From NCBI GenBank assembly GCA_000934665.2, contig KZ538062.1:62001-126000 (forward strand): a stretch of 64,000 nucleotides of DNA, written 5' to 3'. The DNA comes from Catajapyx aquilonaris. Its lineage: Eukaryota. Below the pieces are notes generated by a model. It was not told the origin of the DNA. It made no database searches and worked only from the letters and a program-made list of their open reading frames with translations. A program made the position numbers and the translations under genes. Position 1 is the stretch's first letter. Every line of letters begins with the position of its first letter. Below, in pieces: positions 12,614 to 24,297 of the stretch.

Positions 12614-15600
12614 CTACAACCTGTCATCTTCCTGCCCCTTGCGCAGCACGCCATTTCCAACGATGCAGTTGACTGCATGGTTGATTGACACTCGACTTGG
12701 TGCTGTACTTCTAAATCTCTCCTTGCACGGCAGGAAAACAGTGTGATACAAGTGTTGCCTGAAGCGTTGCCCTGTGGCGCAGTACAGGAAGAAGTTGATC
12801 ACAAAGTTCAGCTGGTACAGAGCAAAGCACAATGCACGAAGCCATTTCAGAAGTATTTTCACTTTCATCCTGTAATGTGGGAGATAAAATTGTGTAAATG
12901 TACCGTACACTCTGTCCCAGCAGAACATTGCTTAGAGTGAAATGTAAAAAAAATAAATGTCATTAATGATGGCTATCTATGATGCACTGTAAGTCTGTAA
13001 TCCTAACAGCTGAAATAATTATTACTGTTCAGTAACCATATTCCCATACTCACCACTCGATATACTTCTGCTGGAGGATCCCAGATGGTTGAGGGGCCAT
13101 GCTCCTAGCTCTAGCCCAATAGAGCTCCACACTCTGAATCACTCCAAGCGGCAGAACCAACACCAAGTAGGCTGAGGACACTGCCAGGAGTGTCCTAGTG
13201 GCTGCCTTGCCTGCCAGACCCCCCTTATGGCAGCTCCTCCTCTTCTGAGCTGCCTTGAAGTGTGGCACCTGCTGCATAGCAATCATCTTCCGGCTGCTCC
13301 TGCTGACTTTCTTGAGTCTGGCCACGAGGAGAAGGTTGGCCACTACTATGACTGAGGATGGCACCCATGTGCTCAGTGCAACGTAAAAGAAGATTGCATC
13401 AGCCCAACGCCAACGTTGCGAAGGGCATGCTGGATACTCAAAGGCACTGTCACCTTCAAATCCAGTGACTAAGAGTTTGGTACCAGCAAAGAGGGATATG
13501 ACGACGGATACTGCCACTACCACTCTGACTCCATGCCTTGCAGCATCAGCAATGCTGATTCTCAAGGGAAACCACACAGCAACAAAGCGTTCCACTGTGA
13601 AAGCCACAATGGTCCACACAGACAACAGTTGAAAGAGGTCCACCCATACCCCATGCATTCGGCAGAGCCACTCATGGTCCTGGAAGAAATAAAGAAATGA
13701 GTGTCACTACACTATGTTTTTGATGGAAATATAAATGAAATTGTAAATTGTGCACATATTTTTTTATGAAAATAGGTGCCACATTAAGTACTTTTTTGGG
13801 CTTCTCAGCAGATGACGAGACCAAAAGCAGAAAATGGCAAAGACTATTTGTGGGCATTACCTGATGCCTGCCTGAATTTTAATTCCAGGGAAACAAACAT
13901 CAAAAATAATACCTAATTATCAATTAAATTTCATCATGATTTTTGATGGCAACTGTAATGCCCATGTAACAGAAGCAAATTTTTTCAGAAGCTGCCATGA
14001 TCTTAGTCAGTCTTAAGATTTACCACTAAAATTAGTATGCACGAGGACAGCAGTTGTGTTCCAATCCTTTGGGAATCAGGTCTTCCTCCTAGAACTAGCA
14101 AACTGAAGAATTTTTTCAAGTAAATTACATGTCACCACAAAATAATTTATGCACATAACTTGAGAGGAAATCCTTTGAAAGAGTAATTTCAGAAGGCATA
14201 ACTCAAGCTTCAGTACACAATTCCTGACATGATAGTTGCATATGTATAAGGCTGTATTACGCCACACAGTACACAAATTATGCAAAGTACTTTCTTCTCA
14301 TGCACAATGGCACTCTCATAGCTTGCAACAATGTTACTTTAAAAATTACATAATAATTTGGTAAGTGCTGAGCTGTAATGAGAGAGTGCACTGACTTTTA
14401 TTGGTCTTGATGTACTACATATACTAAATATTCTTGTGGCCACTTTTTTCTCAAAAATACCAGTGAAAGTGGCCGTCATATTTGGCCAGGAGATGACCTG
14501 TACTTTGCAGGAGATGAAATGGTGGCAAAACCCAGGACTCTTTCAACACCGGGCATGCATGTTACCTATCAGGACTGTATCTGGCAAGTAAGCTTACTCA
14601 ACGTCAACACAAACCAAAACCGTTATAAATATTCTCACAGAAATGTTCATGTCAGATGTAATTGAATTCCACTACCTTCTGCTACCTCCTGCCTCCTACT
14701 CTAGCAGCAGTTCCCTTTTTAAATTAGAATGTTCATTCTGATATGTGGATGCCACATAAATTTTTGATTCCAGATCTTCATCTTCCAATTATTTAAGAAA
14801 GGTCCTACTACCAACCATGAATTGCATGTTGACCTGATTGCTCTCAGCCCTGGCCACTCCAACAGCGTAGTTGAAAAGAAGATTCCCAGTGTCGAAGAGT
14901 GCCAGGGCAGCCAAGTAGACATTTGTACTGGACCCACTCAGTGGACGGGAAAGCAGAAGCTTGAAGGACATCCCATTCAGCAAAACCCCTGGAAATAAAA
15001 TCTCATGTCAGAAAGAGAGTCCATTGAATTTTTCGCTCAAAATCTTACCCATGATGACCATGAATATGGTCCCATAGCTGAGGAAGAAGCGGACAACATC
15101 CACCAATGGGTGAATGTGGACCCAATAGGCTCTCAGCTCGCATGGCCACCTCAGAGAGAGCTCGCTTATGTTGAGCTGTTTAACGCTGGCCAGGTCCAAC
15201 ACTTCGGGGCCATAGATGCACTTCTCCTTTTCCCAAGGCCATGATGGCTGTCTGATTTGGTCAATTATGGCTGTCACTTCACTGCTGTTCCTGAAAGTGT
15301 CAAGTATAACTTTAGTGCCTTATACAGGCTGGAATATGAGAGCTATATGTGACATCCTGGATGATAACAGGATGTCTGGAAGATCATGTGAGAATGCCAG
15401 AAGGACATATGCTCATTTGAGTGTACGGTACAATAGGCTCCTGAATAAGTTGATACACCTTCGAATTAAGTGCATGAATAGGTTACATGGCCGCCACCCT
15501 TTCCATATTTACATACTATAATGACATTATATACAGGAACAGGAGTCAAATAAGGGGTACCTTAGGGAAAAAGAGACTGACTGTTAAGGCAATGTTAAGG

Positions 15601-16585
15601 GTAGTTCATTGCTGAACACCACATGCGCAGGAAAATGTCATGATGTTTTATTTTCACTGTGTCACCAAATCCACAGGCTCACACAAGTTGATCATTACAA
15701 ACTGATAAAGTCCGCGGAAGTTTGTCACCCTTTTGGTAACTATCAGNNNNNNNNTGAGACTCCCCCCCCCCCCCCCCCCCCCACTTTCCGTCTGCCTCAT
15801 GAGCTCCAGTAATGTGGGTTGCCATATATCAGGATAATTTTCGTACAGTACCGCCCGCACGTTTTTTGATGGCAAATGACGCACGACTATCGAGACAACG
15901 ATTTATAGCACGGTCTGATTTATAGTTTCATTATCGTGGTATCTAACGACGCAACTTCCAAGGTCTGTGCGACAGTTCACGCTTCAGAGATTTAAAAGAA
16001 TATAGAAAGTGGGACATAAGCTGTAGTATTGCTTCAAAATGTGCTTCCGGCCGGAATGACCTACAGCAGGTTACACAGATCGTCAATTCGAAAATTATAT
16101 ACATGAGTTGTTTGCAAACATCCAATTTGCAGGTTCTTCCACCGGGCTAGACGTCCCGATATCAATATTTACAAACTGGTCGAAATGTGCTTGCCAAGAG
16201 TAATTATATTGCCATCGAGTCTTCTCTAGTGTCAGCACTTGGCATTTCAACCTGCACTATCAGTACACGTATGAAGAACTGTGATGTTTTCATCACCTTT
16301 GAAAGGTCAAATCGACAAAGATCCATATTGCATGACATTCGCATTCCAGGCGCCTATCAGCCTATTCCTATTTGCTTTCGAGTGCGTAGGGTTTTACCCA
16401 CGTGGATAGCTGAGTCACTTATTGTCTCACCACTGACAGGACCTTCAGGGTCAAGGCTAAGGACGTCAATACACAACATCAAAACACACGTCACGTCTAC
16501 TGTAGAAAAAGAGCCGCTTTAACAAAAAAACACTAAAAAATGGTGAGATATGGCTCTACCGTTACCTCCAGATTGGTTCTCCCAT
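12614..16585 (-). CDS. Class A GPCR, FMRFamide/myosuppressin/sex-peptide-receptor-like peptide receptor group
   Basis: Exons 16585-16566 (tentative start MGEPIWR), 15290-15049, 14988-14816, 13679-13054, 12869-12614. Motifs GVLLN (TM1), VYLAALALFD (TM2), AFTVERFVAVWFPL (TM3), LVLPL (TM6), NFVINFFLYCATGQRFR (TM7/H8). Confidence 0.88.
15747..15782. other. Assembly gap (8 N) next to a poly-C run
   Basis: N run at 15747-15754 followed by a long C homopolymer at ~15762-15782. Another single N lies at 2240. Confidence 0.95.
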
Positions 16586-17018
16586 CCAGAAACACGTCCA
16601 CACAAACACCTGTTCACTCTCCCAACACTTCTAACCGGCCAGAAATAACCCAGCACAGGTCCGATCCTGTCCCCAGTCTAATAGACGCGGGCTCCCCTGC
16701 ATTTCTTCCCTGAAGGCACACCTCAACCAATGACATGTCCATCACCCATCCTAAAAATATGCCGAAGAAAAAATATGAATCGTAGTTTAATGGCGCCGCT
16801 CATGTAAGCAGACATGATATGCCTCTATCGGTACATCTGGGCGACACTCGTCAGCTGGAGATACGGACGCGGGCAAGCAGCAGGAGGGGGCTATTCTGGT
16901 GGAGGGCAGCTGAGCAGGGCGTTGAACCTGTCACTTGCTATTAGCATACAAAACGTGGCTGCTTTCAGTGCAAAGTTTCAGTGCTGATTGTGCTGGTTAT
17001 TGATCCTGTAAGTGCAGC
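16586..17018. promoter_or_regulatory. Putative bidirectional promoter between the GPCR and the ACCS-like gene
   Basis: Divergent start codons only ~430 bp apart. YY1-like AATGGCGCCG at ~16789-16798. Confidence 0.45.
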
Positions 17019-19524
17019 ATGGCACTGTCTCCTAGAGGGGAAAAGCTGGCAGAAATGGAGGAGTTCCTGCTCAAGTACAACATGAGCTGCCTGCATGATG
17101 CGTTTCATCCGATTGACAACCCTGGGGTATGATCTTACATGAGTGTGGCACATAACATGTTAGCGGGCTGGTCTTTGCAGGGGTATGTGAACATGGGGAC
17201 TGCGTCTAATGATCTGTGCGGCGACTTGTGGATGGACAGGTTGAATCGTCCTGGAACATTGAAGTTTGAAGCACAGATGCAGCACTACTTCCCAATGAAT
17301 GGGATTGCAAGATTCAGGGAGAGTCTGGCACAGTTGTTCACCCAGCAGCTGGAACTCCCGCAGCCAATGGATCCAAATAATGCAAGTGACTGACCCACAC
17401 TCAATAATTTGGAGCAATATTTTGTCATACTTTGAGTGAACCTGTCAGACGGTTTGAATTTGATGTGCTGCCCTATTCATGGGCTTTTTAAAATATGAAT
17501 TGTCCCAACATATTGATCTATTTTCGTGTTTGTCAATTTATGACAGCTACTCATGAATCATGTTGAACATGTCCCAGCCTTCCCTCCATGAGGGGTGCTG
17601 ATGCCATTGAAATAAGTGTCATCCACTTTATACCTCAGTGTTGTACAGTTTTACAAAATATTATCAAACACGTCAATTAAATATTTTAAAAATATGACTT
17701 GTGTTATGATTGGACTATTATGTAATACCTCATTAATATGCATTTGAACATCATTACCGCGATGGTGCTTCAGTGTCTCAATGTTAGCCAGATTCCATCT
17801 CATCAAAGAAATGAGTGCCTCGTTTATTTTCATTATCATCAAACTCTAGCTTTTGCATGTACAGTCACAATAGGTTTGTCATGTCCGGTCAAATGAGATG
17901 GTATTACATCATCGCTGGCTACCCCATGCTTAGGACAATGCCGTGAAGAAAATGAATGAATGAACGATTGTGGAAATTCATGTACAGTAAATTAACAAAG
18001 TCACAGTTATGTTTACGCTTACAATGCCAATTTCAGGTGACGGCTATAAATGGGGTTGTGGCCAGCCTGGATGCCTGTGCCTTCTGCTTGGGTGCCCCAG
18101 GAGACGTATTTCTCACACCAACACCTGCCTATGCTCGCTTGTTCAACAGCTGCGGTGACAGGGCAGAGGTGGAACTCATAGGAGTGCCTCTACAGTCGCA
18201 TACCGTTCCCTTTGAACTAACAGCCAGCGCACTGGAAGCCGGAGTGAAGAAGCAACTGGCCAAGGGCAAGAGGGTCAGAGCCGTGCTCATCGTTAACCCT
18301 AATAATCCGCTGGGGGAGGTGTATTCTCCAGAAATAATGACAGATATTATCAACATGTGCCACAAGTAATACTTGAAAATTCCAGTCCATAACTCTTGAA
18401 AGTTTAGTGTTATGCAATGGAAATGTGATCTATTTCAATCAATCACATAAAGAAAGTTGCTAAAGTTTGTGTTCAGCACAAATCATCCCGCAGAAGTAAG
18501 AAAAATTAATGCCTTTCAGGTATGATCTGCATCTGTTAGTAGATGAAGTCTATGCCATGTCTGTCTACGAAAAATCAGCACCATTCCATAGTGTCATTAA
18601 ACTGACTCTTCCTAACCCTGAACGTGTCCATATGGTTTGGGGTCTCAGTAAGGACTTTGGCCTTGCCGGACTGCGAATTGGAGTTATATACACACAGAAC
18701 AAGTCATTTTTAAAGGCCTTGCGCAACTACAGCGTCTACCAAGGAGTACCTTCATGCGTACAGGAGATGATGGCTAACGTACTCAACGATTCAGGTTTAG
18801 TGCAACTTCGTTTTCCCCCCTGTAACCCCTGAACAATCTAATGCGCTTCTTTGTATTTTGCAACAGAATGGGTAAATTCCTACCTGAATACGAACAGACA
18901 ACGACTTCTAGAGGCATCTAGGAAGACCAGGGAAGCTTTGGAATCGTTGAATGTGATTTGCAAGCCAGCTCAAGCAGGTCTGTTCCTATGGGCTGACTTT
19001 GGTCAGCACCTTCTCACGCTAGATCAGGATGGTGAACAAGGTCAGTTGCTATTTATTATTTCTGAAATTTGACTCATCACACACAAAAAGTACTTACGAG
19101 TCCTGTTTCATTTCCAGAGATGTTCCAGCGCCTCTACAAGAACAAGCTGTATATTGTTCCTGGTAACCAATTACATTCTCCACTCCCAGGATGGTTTCGA
19201 ATCACATTTGCTGTGCCACCAGAGCAACTGGATCAAGGTAAATTCTCCCAAGTGATGGACTCCAATGTCTATGCCAACCATTTCCTATTTCCTTTGAGCT
19301 GATTTCCGTCCACTCTGTTGATTGAGAGCTTAATTTTTGGCACCAATAATGCTCCTGACATGTGATATACTTATTACTGAAATGTTACATTTAAAGTGGC
19401 TCCATTGCTGCACCATAACTGCCTCCAAAGAAGTAGGTTATATCAGAGTTCTGCTAAATTACATGTATTAATTTCAGGACTGAAAATATTGCAACAAGTC
19501 TTGAAGCCTACAATGAGGAAATAA
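17019..19524 (+). CDS. ACCS: 1-aminocyclopropane-1-carboxylate synthase-like PLP-dependent aminotransferase (class I/II)
   Basis: Exons 17019-17126, 17181-17381, 18037-18365, 18520-18794, 18867-19040, 19118-19237, 19478-19524. Motifs DNPGGYVNMGTASN, PTPAY, NPNNPLG, DEVYA, GLSKDFGLAGLRIG (PLP lysine), AGLFLWAD, PGWFRITF. Confidence 0.93.
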
Positions 19525-21669
19525 GTGGATCCATTGGGGACAGATTACATTACGAGATGGGACATCACTGCCATGGATTTTAGGAACTCGATATTCATAT
19601 ACTGGAGTGATTTGTGTTTCTGTATTTTAAAAAGAATACAAGCAACAAGCAAAAATGCTGATGCATTTGTAACTCTTATGTACTGTCGATATGACATAAT
19701 AAGGTGCCTGGGCTTTACATTTGATATTATAAACTGTTATTTTGAACCACTCATGTAATGTTTCCCTGTAACATTTTTGTACCAACAGTTGACAACCTAC
19801 ATTTCCATTACTGTTTCTGAATTAAAATCAAGCATTACAGTATATCTAGGAAAACTAGTATCTTTCATATTTGCTCCTGAACTCTAAGTACATAATAAGG
19901 TCAATTAAAGTTTCAGGAATGAAGAAATCCTATGTATAGAGTCGCAAAGTGTGACAACAGAGGTTATTTTACCATGCAGGAAGTGCCAGTGGAATCAGGA
20001 GTTCTAGATGGGAAGGAGCACAGGAAAAAAAAGGCAGTCAAAAATATGTTTAGCTCACTTTTATGTCATTCTCTCCACACACGGAGGCTAGAAGACTGGG
20101 AGAAATATTTCAAACACTTCACCACCTTTCTCACTCCTGCAAAGCTCAAGCAAGTTCTTCATGAAATCACACAAAAATCAGTCTGAACTTCACCACTTAA
20201 AAGTGCATGAAATGGCACATTATTTTGCCACAAAAGTTTGAGACATTCTCTCGTAAAGCAAACAAAGGCCTATTGGTGTCGATAAAATCTCAAGTTACCC
20301 TCATACATAAGAAGCACCAAAATAATCACTTTTCAAATAGCATAGCGTTGTAAATCTCCTTCCAAGGCACTTGTTGCGTCCAAAACCACCTATCTTAGCC
20401 TTAGAAAAATCCAAGTACACAAGATAGAATTACAGGATCATACAGGATTGCAAATTCAACAAGTACCACAATGTTAAGTCAACTCACAGACTAGCATCTC
20501 AATAACCCATAAGATAATAATTAAAGTAGGCAAATTCCAACCACCAACAATCTGACATAAAATTATTCAGTTTAAAACGATCACATTGTGCAAAAATAAC
20601 TTGCAGGCCAAGTGATTAAAAATTAAAATAATATGCCGTAAACTTTGTTCACTCGCTACCACACATGAGGTAAGTTTCACAAATATTATTCTGTACTAAA
20701 ATTACAACACAGAAGAACCACAAGTGATTTTGGTCCACCTTTGGCAAGCTCGGGTGCTAATGTGTTTCAGAAAAGTGCACGTGGTCTTTGTGCAGAATAA
20801 CTTTGGTGGTTCACAGCCATGTCTAAGAAGGGTTCATCAGTTTCTCCACCAGTAAAAAGACATCGAAGGTTTTTGACACTGAAGGTCAAGCACTGGAAGG
20901 TACTGTACAAAACTGTCCAGAATTGTCATGCTTGAAAAATGTCATACGTGTAGATAGCCCATGCAAAAATGGTATTGTACCACAATGAAATCACAGAGAT
21001 GTTAATTAGGTTACAAGCACACAGCACATTAGCATAGAAGATTAAGTAACTTGGGGTTGACAAAGGATACAAAGTTCATAGGACATTGCCAATGTTCTAA
21101 GCAGTAGAAAAGAATACTTTCATCATGCACATGTATTAAATAGAAACATCTGGCAGTGTGGATTGGAGAAGAGGCAAGAGACTTATCCCTTATGCTAATG
21201 TGAGTAGAACTCTGGTCCTAATTTTTCTTCCACATCATAGCACCAATATCCACTAGTGCAAAAGGTGAAGCAAAATCCACCCAGGAACTAGAGAGCTCAC
21301 AATGTACCCTTAGTATCTATCACTGCACTGCACTACCACTCACGCAATGCCACATGTGGGTTAATGGTCTGCTAGGTACCCTCCATGGTAACTGTGCTCT
21401 ACAAAGTCAGAAAAGGCCTGCCCCATGCTCTTAACCACATGCAGCAGCATGGCGAGGATGACAGACAGGGAGAGAGAAAAGAACTTTGTGGCACGCACCA
21501 GCTCCATTGCTGCACTTGTCTCCCTGCTGTCTTCCTCTGCCTCCTCAGCCACCTCTTCCTCAATACCCTCCACCGACTCAAGGCTGATACGGCTTTCTCC
21601 ACATTTATTGGCATCCACCTGGTCCTTCTCAGGCTCAGGTGATGGGGGCACATGCAGTTTGGACCCCAA

Positions 21670-24297
21670 TCAAGACACAAGTGAGTCTGAGTCGCCTCCC
21701 ATCAAAGTTGGAGTCACCTCTCCACCAGCCTCAACAGCCCCAAATACCATTTGAACCTTCAGAGAAATGAGAAAAGAAGCTCTAGAGAAAGTCACATGCA
21801 CTTTTCTGTGTGAGTTAGAATTTTGTTCCTGGCAACAAAGGGTAGGAAAACTGTCAAAAATTTCTCATATGAAAAGGAACTTGTGTTCCCAATATCCTCA
21901 CTGTTGTGTGTTAGTTTGAAGCACTTCAGGCATTTGCACACAGTCCATTTCTATATTTTCTGGTCACCATTATGATCTTCTGATTGGGGGGTAAAGAATG
22001 TAGCGCGCACCTGTCTTACATGCAATTATCAGCATGGTACTGGAAGAATGCACAACGAACTGAATTTTCTAACCTCAATGAGACTGCCTTTTACAGATCT
22101 GTGCAGTCCTTCATAAAAAAAGTTACATATTGCAAACAGCTAAATTAAAAATGAAGAACAAAATTACGCTAATTTCAAACTGGCCTGAACAGACTTTGGT
22201 CATATTCAACTGATTCAACATTGAGCAATAACAGACAATATAATTCATCGGTATAAAAATAGTGGAATACAAAGTAAACAACAAAAGCAAGCACACAAAC
22301 CTCTATGCATTAATGACATCATGATTGGCATCTTCCACAACTGAATAACAGGAGGCCAATATAAGGATCCCACACTATAAAAAATCATTAATTGATTTTT
22401 AAACACTTCAACGATTTCCAACCAAACATCTGGATCGCAAAAAAAAAAGTGAATTAATTATGCAACATAATAAAATGAGGCTAGGCAAGAAAAGCTACAC
22501 AAGGCAGATATGACAAAGGCATTTGCTAAAATGATATTTAAAAACTGCAGTCTGCTGCAAAAGGCAGAACTTATAAAAATTACAGTCATGCAGCCTCCCA
22601 TTATTTTGAAATACCTTCCCAACTACTCAGGAGGTAAGTTGCTTTCAAAACCATATCCCAGTAATATACCATCCATCAGTACACAACTTAATTTACTGAT
22701 AGATTTCCACCATTTTCAGGACAATGGTACGTATAACGTACCTTTGGAGATTCCATTTGCACAGTGCGAAACTCCTTCACAAATGTGATAAAGTAACAAA
22801 AGAATAGTATGGACATGATCCACTCGGACACAGTGCTGGCCACATGCAGCTCCCAGCCTCCATCCTTTGGTTGCCACTTGGTTATGTCGTTACCTGTTGA
22901 GAGTAATAGGATAAATAAGTGAATTAGTCACTTTTTCTGGGACGAAAAATAAAAAACAATCTGACATGAAGGTCAAGAAGGCACATGCATGAGAATGATG
23001 CTTAAATTTTTGTTATGTAACAAAAGTGAAAACACATTGCTAAGTAAATGTAGTTTGAAAGAAAACCCTTGCCGTGGTAGAAGAAGTGAGCTCCAATTCC
23101 CGTGGCAAACACGAGAAAGAAGAGGACCCCACAGCAGACACTGATGACAACCCGAATCCTAGCAACTGCAAGGCTGCTCATGATTGGCTGTGTCCTGTAC
23201 GAGATGACGCTCTGCAGCACCAAATAGGCAGTCCCCAGACCAAAACAGAGGAGAGCACCCAACATGTGGACATACAGGACGTTGGTCTCCTGGAAATTTC
23301 CAACCATGGACAAACCAAAGCAGGCTGCCATACCCAAGTTCAGGGACACGCGATTTGGGCGGTCCAAGTCACATCCCAGGGGCTGTTCAAGGGAGAACTC
23401 ACGCACTTGCCGGTACCGAATGTAAAATGTCACTGCCGCTGTAAAGAGCATTGTGATAAATCAGAAACATAACAAATCAGAAACTGTCACCAGTTAGATT
23501 ACCAATGTCCAAGAGTTTCTGCATTTATTCAGTCATTTTCAGGTGACTTGTGCTAGAATGCGTCTCGCAATAGACATAGCCATTTCTTTCCCCCCCCCCC
23601 ATTCCTAATTCTTCTAACAGCAAATTCGATCAATAAAATATTATGCAACTCTCATAATTTCTTCCCAGATTACTCCATGCTCCTGGTATTTTCATAACAT
23701 TGGTCAAACCTCCCCAACTACTCTAGAGCTCCGTCACCTAATTGACTCTCAATTAATTGCATAACATTTGCTAAAAAAATTAGCGCTGCAATTATTACAC
23801 AGATTATACTGCACGATGATGGTGATAACGACAACAACTGAATAATATATTAATGAAATGCCCTTGTGAAAATACTTTGAGACCTATGAATATATAATTC
23901 TTCCATGCACTCTCTTTGATGCAGAGTAAGCAATATAGTGTAGTACATGCGCCTGGGACCCCAAGTTCAGGGACACGCTTCAGGAAAACAGGCTAAGATG
24001 TAAATAAAGATAATCATTGCTATATCCAATAAACTTACACAGCACAGCTCCAATATTCATCATCTGCCCAAATATGCAACTCTCAGGTGACTTCGTCCCG
24101 GTGTCACTGATGTACGGAAAATCTGCCGCAACATGTCCTGTTAAAACCGCAATAGTGTACCTGCCAAACAAAAAAATGATTTATCATTAGATCCACAAGA
24201 ACAGACCACATCACTTGTAAACTCACGTAGTTATGAACGTAGCTGGAAACAGGATCATCATCGCAATAGGAAAATAGTGCAGCTTTTGCCAGGCCAT
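21670..24297 (-). CDS. DRAM: DRAM/TMEM150 (Frag1/DRAM/Sfk1) family multi-pass membrane protein
   Basis: Exons 24297-24227, 24160-24039, 23438-23073 (or 23067), 22893-22742, 21756-21670. Motifs PYISDTG..PESCIFGQ, YIRYRQV, VGNFQET..VHMLGA, SEW. Confidence 0.92.
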
